Positions 49,168-57,664 of a stretch of 64,000 bases of DNA are shown here, piece after piece. The translations under genes were made by a program, and so were the position numbers. The stretch covers positions 48,709 to 112,708 of the forward strand of contig JADLCT010000097.1 of NCBI GenBank assembly GCA_020847045.1, given 5' to 3'. This DNA comes from Bryobacterales bacterium (GTDB lineage Bacteria; Acidobacteriota; Terriglobia; Bryobacterales; Bryobacteraceae). Below the pieces are notes generated by a model. The model was not told the DNA's origin. It saw only the letters and a list, made by a program, of their open reading frames with translations, and did no database searches. Within the stretch, counting starts at the first letter, position 1, and every line of letters starts with the position of its first letter.

Positions 49168-51359
49168 TGCACCGGCGCCGTGTCCGGTAGCGCCTCTCCG
49201 CTTAGTTCCTTGCGCTGCGCGCGCGGTGTGGCATGCGCGCCGCGCTGCAGCAGCAGCGACGCTGCCGCGTGCATGTCCACCGGCCTGCCCAGCCAGTAAC
49301 CCTGGCCAAATTCGCAGCCCAAACCGGCCACGGTCCGCGCCTGCTCCAGGGTTTCGATGCCTTCGGCCACCACGCGCATGCCCAGCGCGCGGGCCAGCGC
49401 CACGATGGCGCGCACGATCTCCTCGCCGCCCGAATCCAGCCGCGCGATGAAGCTCCGGTCGATCTTCAGAACATCCAAGGGAAACGAATGCAGCAGCGAG
49501 AGCGAGGAATAGCCGGTGCCAAAGTCATCCACGGCCAGCACGAAGCCGTGCGCCTTCAGCGAGGCGAGACGGGCCGCCGTGTCGTTATAGGTGGACACCA
49601 CCGACTCGGTGATCTCAATCTGAATCCAGGACGGATCGATGTGCGCCGAATGAACGATCGAGGCGATGCGGTCCAGCAGGTCCGGCGCCTGGAACTGTTT
49701 CTGCGACAGGTTGTAGGAGATGCGCGCCGGCCGCCCCGTGGCCGCGTGCACCTTCTTGATCCACGAGCAGACCTGGCGCAGCGTGGCCCAGCCCATGGGA
49801 ATCACCTGACCGGTCTCCTCGGCGCTGGCCAGAAACGCCCTGGGCGAAAGCAGCTTTCCGTCCGGATGCCGCCAGCGCAGCAACGCCTCGAAGGAGACGA
49901 TGCCGCCATCGGCCAGCGCGACGATCGGCTGCAGGAACGGTTCGAACTCGCCCCGTTGCAGCCCCTGCCGGATCTCGTCCTCCAGGTTCAGGCGCTGAAT
50001 GGCGGTGTCATGCATGAAGGGGCGGAAGACCTCGACGCGGCTGCCCGCGCGCTTGCCCGCCCGCGAAGTGGCCAGCGAGGCGCGCCGGAGAAGATCCTCC
50101 GGGCTCACCGGAGCATCCGCGCTTGAAAAGGCGACGCCGGCGCTAGCGCCCGCCTGAATCGTGCGGCCGTTCACCTCCAGCGGATGCCGCAGCAGATCGA
50201 GCGTCCGGTGGGCCAGCGCGAGCACGGCCTCACTGGAAGAAACGTTCTCCAGAAAGAGCGCGAACTGGCTTCCGCCTATGCGCGCCACCATGTCCTGCTC
50301 GCGCACGGCCGCCTGCAACGTGCGCGCGCACCCGGACAGAAGCTGATCGCCGGCGGCATGACCCAACGCCTGGTTCACCGCCTCCAGCCGGTCCACCTCC
50401 ACGATCATCAAGGCTGACATTCCGTAGGCGCCCTCCCGGCCGTCCTCGCACTCCTCCATGTGGCGCAACAACGCGGCGCGGTTGGCCAGCCCGGTCAGGG
50501 AATCTTCGTTGGCCTCGCGCTCCAGGCGCCGGAGCACGGCCAGACGTTCCTCGTCGTCCAGCACAATGGCGGCCATATCGGCGATGGAGGCGGCAAACAC
50601 CTCCTCCTCGGCCGTCCACCGGCGCGGCGGGCCGCTGTGCTCGAAGCTCATGACGCCGCATACCCGGCCACTGCGCCGCAGCGGCGTGTCGAGAATCGAA
50701 GCCAGCCCCAACGGCAGCAGATACCCGTCGCTCAGCGCCGCGGTGCGCGGATCGGTCAGGGCATTGTGCGCCGTGATGGGGCGGTCCTGACGCAGGGCGT
50801 CAAAGTAAGCCGGAAGATCGCGCGCTTCAATGCGGGCCCCCTGCGAATATTGCCCCGACTCGCGGTTGTACTGCTGGCGGCAATGCAGCGACGACCAGTC
50901 GCCGGACAGCAACCAGACGCCCGCCTGGCGCACCTGGAGCGCCTCGGCCGCCGAGTGGCAGATCTCCCGCAGCGCCTGGTTGAAATCCTCATGCTCCACC
51001 AGCCGGTGCGAGGTGAGCGACAGCGCGGCGCTGAGCCGGCTCAGGCTGAGGCGGATCCGCGCCGCCTCGGCGTCGGCCCGGCGTTCCCCGCTGATGTCCC
51101 GGATCAGAGCCGGCACCGGCGGCGCCTGCACGGGCATCATCGTCACTTCCAACAGCCGCGACTTCGCCCCACGCCCCTCGGCGTAACGAAACCGCGACTG
51201 CTTTCCCGTGGCCAACACCGTCCCGGCCTGCTCGGCCAGTTGACGGAACAGACGGGGAGGCAGCGGCCGCGCGGAGCCGCTCAATATTTCGATTTTTCCG
51301 TCCGGACCAATCGCCAGCAGCAGATCGGGCCAGGCCGTGGGCAACGGATCTTTCCTCAA
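49164..51359 (-). CDS. GAF + degenerate GGDEF + EAL signalling protein (probable c-di-GMP phosphodiesterase)
   Basis: The GGDEF position reads GGSQF. EAL-domain blocks FEALLRW, DDFGTGYSSLS, LKIDRSF, and EGIET. Confidence 0.85.
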   Translation of the reverse strand: MRKDPLPTAWPDLLLAIGPDGKIEILSGSARPLPPRLFRQLAEQAGTVLATGKQSRFRYAEGRGAKSRLLEVTMMPVQAPPVPALIRDISGERRADAEAARIRLSLSRLSAALSLTSHRLVEHEDFNQALREICHSAAEALQVRQAGVWLLSGDWSSLHCRQQYNRESGQYSQGARIEARDLPAYFDALRQDRPITAHNALTDPRTAALSDGYLLPLGLASILDTPLRRSGRVCGVMSFEHSGPPRRWTAEEEVFAASIADMAAIVLDDEERLAVLRRLEREANEDSLTGLANRAALLRHMEECEDGREGAYGMSALMIVEVDRLEAVNQALGHAAGDQLLSGCARTLQAAVREQDMVARIGGSQFALFLENVSSSEAVLALAHRTLDLLRHPLEVNGRTIQAGASAGVAFSSADAPVSPEDLLRRASLATSRAGKRAGSRVEVFRPFMHDTAIQRLNLEDEIRQGLQRGEFEPFLQPIVALADGGIVSFEALLRWRHPDGKLLSPRAFLASAEETGQVIPMGWATLRQVCSWIKKVHAATGRPARISYNLSQKQFQAPDLLDRIASIVHSAHIDPSWIQIEITESVVSTYNDTAARLASLKAHGFVLAVDDFGTGYSSLSLLHSFPLDVLKIDRSFIARLDSGGEEIVRAIVALARALGMRVVAEGIETLEQARTVAGLGCEFGQGYWLGRPVDMHAAASLLLQRGAHATPRAQRKELSGEALPDTAPVH

Positions 51360-51431
51360 GTAATCCGTATCGGCGGGGCCGGGGAAAGTGTGGCGAAAAA
51401 TTGCCGCGCCTTACCCTGCGAGCCCCGGACT

Positions 51432-53516
51432 CTACGGCAGGCTGGCCGTGGCGGCCGGGGAGGCGCCCGAGGCGTTAGCCAGCGTCACGCTCACAGACTC
51501 GACAGCAAACGCATCACCGCTGAGCGTAAAGGTCTGCCGGTAGGTGAACTGGCCTCCGAAGGCGCGCGAGGCTTCGCTGGTGAACCAGTCCGCCGAGGGC
51601 TGCGCGAGCGGCAGCGTCACCTCGGCCGTGTGCAGCGTCGCGCCGTTGGCGGCAGTGAACCGGAAGCTCGCCTGGGTCACCTCGCGCGGCGTGGCAAAAC
51701 CGTTTACGGACACCTCGAAGCCGGAGGCCGTGCGCACGGCGGCCACCGAGCGCACCACAGGCGCTCCGCGCGGCACGCGCACACTGAGTGGCAAGGCTCC
51801 GGCCAGGGCCGTTCCGTTCACCGCGAAGCTCGGCGTCAGGGTGATCGCGCCCGACACGGTTCCCGTTTGCAGCGCGGGCGAGCTTTCAAAAACGGCCACC
51901 AGCGCGCCGGCCGGAATCGTGAACTGGATCTGGCGTCCGCCCTGGGCAAACCGCAGCGCCGGGTCCGTGGCGTCGCCGCCGGGCGAGTGCGCCACATCGG
52001 GCGTGAAGCTCAACGTCACGTTTCCCGTCAACGTCACGGGATAGGGGGCGCCCAGTGTCAGGGCCAGTCTTGGCTGCACGCCCGGCCCGGCCTCGCCGGC
52101 CAACCCTGTCAGCGAGTAGGAGGGCAGCGGCGGCGCGGCTATGCGCAGCGTGAACTCGCGCGCCACCGTGCGCCCGGCCGAGTCGTGCAGAGTAAAGCCA
52201 ACGCGGGACGTGCCCACTGCGACCGGCGCGCCCGTGAGGGTACCGCCCGGTGAGAGCGCCAGCCCGGTGGGGAGCGAATCGGGTCCGGCCGCCCAGCGGT
52301 AAGGTGGCGTACCGCCATCCGCCGTGAGCAGAAACGAGTAGGCGGCCCCCGCCGTGGCCTCGGGCAGCTCGCCGGTGGTGATGGCCAGCGGGGCCGGAAG
52401 CACCGTCAGCGTGAAGGCTTTCGATGCCGTGCGCCCGGCCGCATCGCTCACGGCGAGTGTGAAAGCGAAGGCGCCCGGGCCCGCCGGTGAGCCCGCCAGT
52501 TCGCCCGTCAGGGCGTTCAGCACGAGGGCCGGCGGCACCGTCCCGGCCACCACACGCCAGCCGGTATACGGTGGCGCGCCGCCCACCGCCGTCAGACGCA
52601 CCAAATAGGCCGTGCGCGCCGTGGCATCGCCCAGCGCGGAGGGTGTCTCAATGCGCAGTCCAGTTTCCACCGTAAGAGTGAAGGCTCCTTGCGCCGTCTG
52701 GCCGCTGGCGTCGCGCACCTGCGCGATGAATGCGAACGAACCGGCCTGCGAGGGCGCGCCGGCCAGTTCGCCCGTGATCTCGTTTAGCACGACACCGGCG
52801 GGCAGCGCGCCCGTGGCCAGCCGCCATCGGGAATAGGGCGCCACGCCTCCCGTGGCCGTCAACGTATGCGAATAGGCCTTGCCCACTACGCCCGGCGGCA
52901 GAGAGCCCGAGGCGGCCACCGCCAGCGCCGCCGTCACAGTCAAGGTGTAGGCTCGCGTCGCCGCCACGCCCGCGCCATCGGTGACCCGCAGCGTGAAATC
53001 GAAGCTGCCCGCCGCCTCGGGAACGCCCGTAATCGCGCCCGTCGCCCCGGCCAGCGAGAGTCCCGGCGGAAAGGAGCCCGAGATAAAGGCGAACAGGTAC
53101 GGCGGAGTGCCGCCGCTGACCGCGATCGCCTGCGTATAGGCGGTCCCCGGCGCGCCCCGCGCCAGGGGCGTGGGCAGTAGCTGCGGCGGCGTGTTCACCT
53201 GCAACGCCGTCGTGAGGGAGACTTCTGGACCAGGGTTCACCACGGTCACCATGACGGCGCCCGGCGCGGCAATCTGCGCAGGCGTCACCAGCGCGTTCAA
53301 CTGAGTGGAGGAGAGAAAGTTGGTGGGCAGCAACTGCGAGCCCAAACGCACGGCTGCGCCCGGTTGGAAGCCCGCGCCGGTCACCGTCAGCGTGAAGGAG
53401 GGCGCGGCGGCCGTGGTGGCGGCGGGCACCAGCGTGGCGATCGACGGTGCGGCCGCGCGGGCCAGCGGCGTACCCACGGCCATCGCCAGCAGCAGAAGGC
53501 AGGTGCGATCTCGCAT
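51432..53516 (-). CDS. Secreted multi-Ig-repeat protein (IPT/TIG + several He_PIG-type putative Ig domains + unknown C-terminal domain)
   Basis: Signal peptide. A TIG-like first domain. Repeated units such as SGGTPPYLFAFISGSFPPGLSL, GGVAPYSRWRLATGALPAGVVLN, GGAPPYTGWRVVAGTVPPALVLN, GGTPPYRWAAGPDSLPTGLALS. Confidence 0.75.
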   Translation of the reverse strand: MRDRTCLLLLAMAVGTPLARAAAPSIATLVPAATTAAAPSFTLTVTGAGFQPGAAVRLGSQLLPTNFLSSTQLNALVTPAQIAAPGAVMVTVVNPGPEVSLTTALQVNTPPQLLPTPLARGAPGTAYTQAIAVSGGTPPYLFAFISGSFPPGLSLAGATGAITGVPEAAGSFDFTLRVTDGAGVAATRAYTLTVTAALAVAASGSLPPGVVGKAYSHTLTATGGVAPYSRWRLATGALPAGVVLNEITGELAGAPSQAGSFAFIAQVRDASGQTAQGAFTLTVETGLRIETPSALGDATARTAYLVRLTAVGGAPPYTGWRVVAGTVPPALVLNALTGELAGSPAGPGAFAFTLAVSDAAGRTASKAFTLTVLPAPLAITTGELPEATAGAAYSFLLTADGGTPPYRWAAGPDSLPTGLALSPGGTLTGAPVAVGTSRVGFTLHDSAGRTVAREFTLRIAAPPLPSYSLTGLAGEAGPGVQPRLALTLGAPYPVTLTGNVTLSFTPDVAHSPGGDATDPALRFAQGGRQIQFTIPAGALVAVFESSPALQTGTVSGAITLTPSFAVNGTALAGALPLSVRVPRGAPVVRSVAAVRTASGFEVSVNGFATPREVTQASFRFTAANGATLHTAEVTLPLAQPSADWFTSEASRAFGGQFTYRQTFTLSGDAFAVESVSVTLANASGASPAATASLP

Positions 53517-53528
53517 GAGGTCTCCCGC

Positions 53529-54131
53529 TTACGGCGCTCCGAAACTGCCGCCGCCGGGCGTAATGGATGCCGCCGGCAGCGTAGGCGCGGGCGCGGGAGC
53601 TATCCCGCCCGCCGCAGTCCGCCCGCCCGTCAACGCCAGCGCCGCCCCCGCCGCCACGCCGCCCCCCAGAATCGCCACCACGGCCATCCACTTTGCGCCA
53701 GACCGCTTCATTCCCTGCCCTGGCGCCTCGGCGTTGGTCTGTGTGATGGATGCCCGCGCCACCTGCGACCGGTAGGAGGCCGTCACACGAATTTGAAACT
53801 GTCCGGCCACATTGTTGGGCCGCAGTCCGCGCGCCGAAGCCAGGCCATCGCCCGCCGTCGTCACCGTTACCATGCTCCCGGCCGGAAATGCTCCGCCCGC
53901 CCCCAATTCGGGCAATAGGAAGGTGACGGCCGCGCCCGCCAACGGCGCGCCTTCGCCCGAAGTCACGCGCACCACCGGGTCACGCGCCCGTCCGGCTGTA
54001 ATATTGTTGATCGCACCATCGCCTTCCACCACCTCGACTCGGAGGTCTAGGGCGGAAGACGCCAGTAGCCGATCGCCCGGCCAGGTGGCCAACAGGCCGC
54101 AGACAGCCAGCAGGCCCGCCGCGCGGCGCAT
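53529..54131 (-). CDS. Ig-like domain protein with C-terminal TM anchor
   Basis: Signal peptide MRRAAGLLAVCGLLA, one Big-like domain (VTFLLP...QFQIRVTASY), and TM segment WMAVVAILGGGVAAGAALAL. It lies 12 nt upstream of the 694-aa gene. Confidence 0.55.
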   Translation of the reverse strand: MRRAAGLLAVCGLLATWPGDRLLASSALDLRVEVVEGDGAINNITAGRARDPVVRVTSGEGAPLAGAAVTFLLPELGAGGAFPAGSMVTVTTAGDGLASARGLRPNNVAGQFQIRVTASYRSQVARASITQTNAEAPGQGMKRSGAKWMAVVAILGGGVAAGAALALTGGRTAAGGIAPAPAPTLPAASITPGGGSFGAP

Positions 54132-54301
54132 CTTCTTACAGTGACCGGTCAGCACATAGTCTCCTGAGAGAGTAGTGGGCGCGGGCGACACGGAAATCTC
54201 CTGGCAACTAGGAACAGAAGCTGGACCGGTGTCAACGGCAGAGTGTAACTTGTCGTTGCCCCGGATTGCCCCTCTGCCCGAATATATGTAGAATCCCTCA
54301 C

Positions 54302-57300
54302 ATGTACCGTTTCGTATTGCTTCTTGGGTTACTCGCCGCGACCGCCCCGCTCGGGGCGCAATCGCTTGCCAGATTGTCAGGTACGGTGATGGACAACTCC
54401 GGCGCTGTGGTGGCCGGGGCCAAGGTGACGGCTCGCAACATTGCCACCGGCGTTTCCAACGAGGCCACCACGAACGCCTCGGGTGTGTATCTGTTCCCCT
54501 TCCTGCCACCGGCCGAATATGAGGTCGAATGCCAGGTTCAGGGGTTCAAGAAAGCGGTCCGTGGCGGTGTGGTGCTGGAAACCGCCACCACGCGCAGCCT
54601 CGATTTCGCGCTCGAAGTGGGCGCGGTCAGCGAAACGGTGGAGGTGAACGCCACGGTCCCGCTGCTGGAGTCGGAGACCTCGTCGGTGGGCCAGTTCATT
54701 GAACGCACGACGGTTCTGAACATGCCCCTGGAGAGCCGGCGCACGGCAGGCCTGGTGAAGCTGATGGGCATGGTTGTTTTCCGTGACGAGTCCGGCGCCG
54801 AACAGGTGCCGATGTTCAGCATGGCCGGCGGGCGCAGCCAGAACCAGATCTGGGTGCTCGACGGCGGCAACGTCCAGAACACCACGCTTGGCGTGCCACA
54901 GCTTCAGTTGAACCCGCCCGCCGAATCCTTGCAGGAGTTCAAGGCCGAGGCGAACAACTATTCGGCCGAGTTCGGCCGCACCGGGGGCGGTCTCATCCAG
55001 ATGACCACGCGCTCGGGCACCAACGAGTTCCATGGCGCGGCCTACGAGTTTCTCCGCAACCAGGCCCTGGACACGCGCACCTTCTTTGCGCCGCGCAAAG
55101 CGCCGCTGCGCTACAACATTTTTGGAGCCTCGGCCGGCGGTCCCATCCGGCGCGACAAGACTTTCTTCTTCGCCAACTACGAAGGCGCGCGCCGCCGCGA
55201 CGGCTCCACCGTGGCCAACACCATCGTTCCGCACCCGGTCGAGGTTACGGGCAACTTTTCCGCCCGGACGAACTTCCGCCTGCTCGACCCTCTGAACAAC
55301 CAGCCCTTTGCCGGCAACATCCTGCCGCAAAGCCGCATCGACGCCGCCGGCCGCGCCTTTGCCTCCCTCTATCCGGCACCCAACATCGCCAGTGACCCGG
55401 CGCGCGCCCCGGCCGCCAACTACATCGTGAACGTCAGCGACAAACTCACCCAGGACATGGGCACGCTGAAGGTAGACCACAACATCGGCTCGGCCGACCG
55501 CATCAGCGGCCGGTATACCATCATCAAAGCCGAACAGCAGCTTGCGGCCGTCTACCCGAACGCCTTCGCCGATTTCCGCGGTGGCCCGCGCGAGCACCGG
55601 ATCCACAACGTCGTCGGCACCTGGATCCACTCCTTCTCGGCGGCCTTTCTGAACGAGTTCCGCTATAACTACGCCACGCGCCGCTACCTTACGCGCACGC
55701 TCGGCACCGATAGCCGCAAGAACGGAGAGATCGGCCTGAAAGGCGTCTCCGCGGACGACTTCGCCCAGATCGTTCCCACCGGCCAGAGCAACCTGGGCGC
55801 CACACCCGTCGAGCGCATCCAGAGGCCCATTCTCACGCACCAATGGGTGAACAACCTCACCGTCATCCGCGGGAACCATTCACTCAAATTCGGCGGCGAA
55901 TGGCGCTATTCGAGCAACAAGGACCTCTTCCGGCCCACCGTGAACGGTTCGTTCAATTTCAGCGACCGCGCCACCGGCAGCGGACTGGCCTCGCTTCTGC
56001 TGGGCCACGTCACGGGCGCCGCATACAACCAGGTGGATCCGCTGATCGCCCGCACCGACTACTTCGGCCTCTTCCTGCAGGATGACTGGAAGGTGACCAA
56101 GAACCTCACGCTCAACCTCGGGCTTCGCTGGGAGATGGACACGCCCCGCTGGGAGAAGCTGGACAACCGTCAGAGCAGCTTCGCCATCGACCCGGTGAAT
56201 CCCGTGAGCGGCCGTCCGGGCATCGTCACCTTCTCCGGCCGCGACGGCCGCTCGAAATACGCGCACAACTTCGACAAGAACAACGTCAGCCCGCGGTTTG
56301 GCTTCGCCTATAAAGCGCCGCGCGGCATGGTCATCCGCGGCGGTTATGCCGTCGCCTATAACGGCGAATACAACGGCGCGACGGCCAACCCTCTGATCGC
56401 CGGCTTCAGTTTGAACGGCAGCTTCAATTCCATCGACGGGGGCTTCACGCGCGCCTTCGCACTCAGCGACGGCATGCCCTCCATCGCCCGCGAACCGCTG
56501 GGTCCCGGCTTCGGCGCGGTGGCCGTGGGCGCGGCGCCGCGCTTCTCGCCGGACTTCCTCCAGCAGAACCATGTGAACGCCTACTCGCATCAGTACAACT
56601 TCACGATTCAGAAGGAACTGCCCGGCAACATGCTGTATGAGGCCGCCTATGTGGCGAATCTCAGCCACAAGCTGGGCGGGCCCAATCTGAACATCAACCA
56701 GATTCCGCTGGTGAACGGCCGGGGTCCGGCCGCGCAAAGCCAGGCCGCGCGTCCCTTCCCGCACTTCAACAACGTCACGCTGCTGTTTCCGCCCTGGGGC
56801 AACTCCACCTATCACGCCCTGAACATGAAAGTGGAGAAGCGCTACTCGCGTGGTTTGAATTTTCTGGCCAACTACACCTGGTCGAAGTTTCTCGACGACG
56901 TCGAGGCCAACAACGAACTGGCCGGCGCCGAGGGCAACGGTTACACCCACATCGAGCTCCGGCGTCTGGACAAGAGCTACTCCGGCAACGACGTGCGCCA
57001 CCGCCTGATTGCCAGCAGCGTCTACGAACTGCCCATCGGCAAAGGACGCGCCGTGAACCTGGCGCACCCGGTGGCCAACGCCATCGCCGGAGGCTGGTCC
57101 ATCGGGGCCATCGCCGAACTTCGCGCCGGCGCGCCCTGGGGCGTGGTGGAGCAGACCAACACCTCCAACACTTACTCCGCATCGCAGAGGCCGAACCTGA
57201 GCTGCGATCCAACCCTGGACAGCGGCCGCTCGCGCGCCGATCTGCTGGGACAGTATTTCAACACATCCTGCTTCTCGGCGCCCGGCACGGGCATTTTCGG

Positions 57301-57541
57301 CAACGCGGCGCGCAACCTCGGTTTCGGCCCCGGCTACGTCGGCATCGACGCCTCCATCACCAAACGCTGGTCCTTCGGCGAACGATACGGCGTCTCGTTC
57401 CGCACCGACATCTACAACGTTCCCAACCGGCCGAACTTCGCCGTGCCGGCCTCGGTGCGCGGCCGCGGCGACTTTGGCAGGGTGAATTCCACCATCGGCA
57501 CCGGACGCCAGCTTCAGCTCAGCATGCGCTTCGATTTTTGA
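54302..57541 (+). CDS. TonB-dependent receptor with N-terminal carboxypeptidase-regulatory-like domain
   Basis: Signal peptide MYRFVLLLGLLAATAPLGAQS. A CarboxypepD_reg block (LSGTVMDNSGAVVAGAKVTARN...GVYLFPFLPPAEYEV). Plug and barrel, with C-terminal LQLSMRFDF. Confidence 0.85.
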   Translation: MYRFVLLLGLLAATAPLGAQSLARLSGTVMDNSGAVVAGAKVTARNIATGVSNEATTNASGVYLFPFLPPAEYEVECQVQGFKKAVRGGVVLETATTRSLDFALEVGAVSETVEVNATVPLLESETSSVGQFIERTTVLNMPLESRRTAGLVKLMGMVVFRDESGAEQVPMFSMAGGRSQNQIWVLDGGNVQNTTLGVPQLQLNPPAESLQEFKAEANNYSAEFGRTGGGLIQMTTRSGTNEFHGAAYEFLRNQALDTRTFFAPRKAPLRYNIFGASAGGPIRRDKTFFFANYEGARRRDGSTVANTIVPHPVEVTGNFSARTNFRLLDPLNNQPFAGNILPQSRIDAAGRAFASLYPAPNIASDPARAPAANYIVNVSDKLTQDMGTLKVDHNIGSADRISGRYTIIKAEQQLAAVYPNAFADFRGGPREHRIHNVVGTWIHSFSAAFLNEFRYNYATRRYLTRTLGTDSRKNGEIGLKGVSADDFAQIVPTGQSNLGATPVERIQRPILTHQWVNNLTVIRGNHSLKFGGEWRYSSNKDLFRPTVNGSFNFSDRATGSGLASLLLGHVTGAAYNQVDPLIARTDYFGLFLQDDWKVTKNLTLNLGLRWEMDTPRWEKLDNRQSSFAIDPVNPVSGRPGIVTFSGRDGRSKYAHNFDKNNVSPRFGFAYKAPRGMVIRGGYAVAYNGEYNGATANPLIAGFSLNGSFNSIDGGFTRAFALSDGMPSIAREPLGPGFGAVAVGAAPRFSPDFLQQNHVNAYSHQYNFTIQKELPGNMLYEAAYVANLSHKLGGPNLNINQIPLVNGRGPAAQSQAARPFPHFNNVTLLFPPWGNSTYHALNMKVEKRYSRGLNFLANYTWSKFLDDVEANNELAGAEGNGYTHIELRRLDKSYSGNDVRHRLIASSVYELPIGKGRAVNLAHPVANAIAGGWSIGAIAELRAGAPWGVVEQTNTSNTYSASQRPNLSCDPTLDSGRSRADLLGQYFNTSCFSAPGTGIFGNAARNLGFGPGYVGIDASITKRWSFGERYGVSFRTDIYNVPNRPNFAVPASVRGRGDFGRVNSTIGTGRQLQLSMRFDF

Positions 57542-57664
57542 AGCGCCGGCCCGCCCCGGCCAAGGTACTAGCCGTCCAGTACGCCGCCGGGGACGCGTTT
57601 CCGTTGCTCATCGCGGTAGGATGTTGGGTACGCCTCGCGCCTCCCCGGCGCGGGGCAGGGCTGT

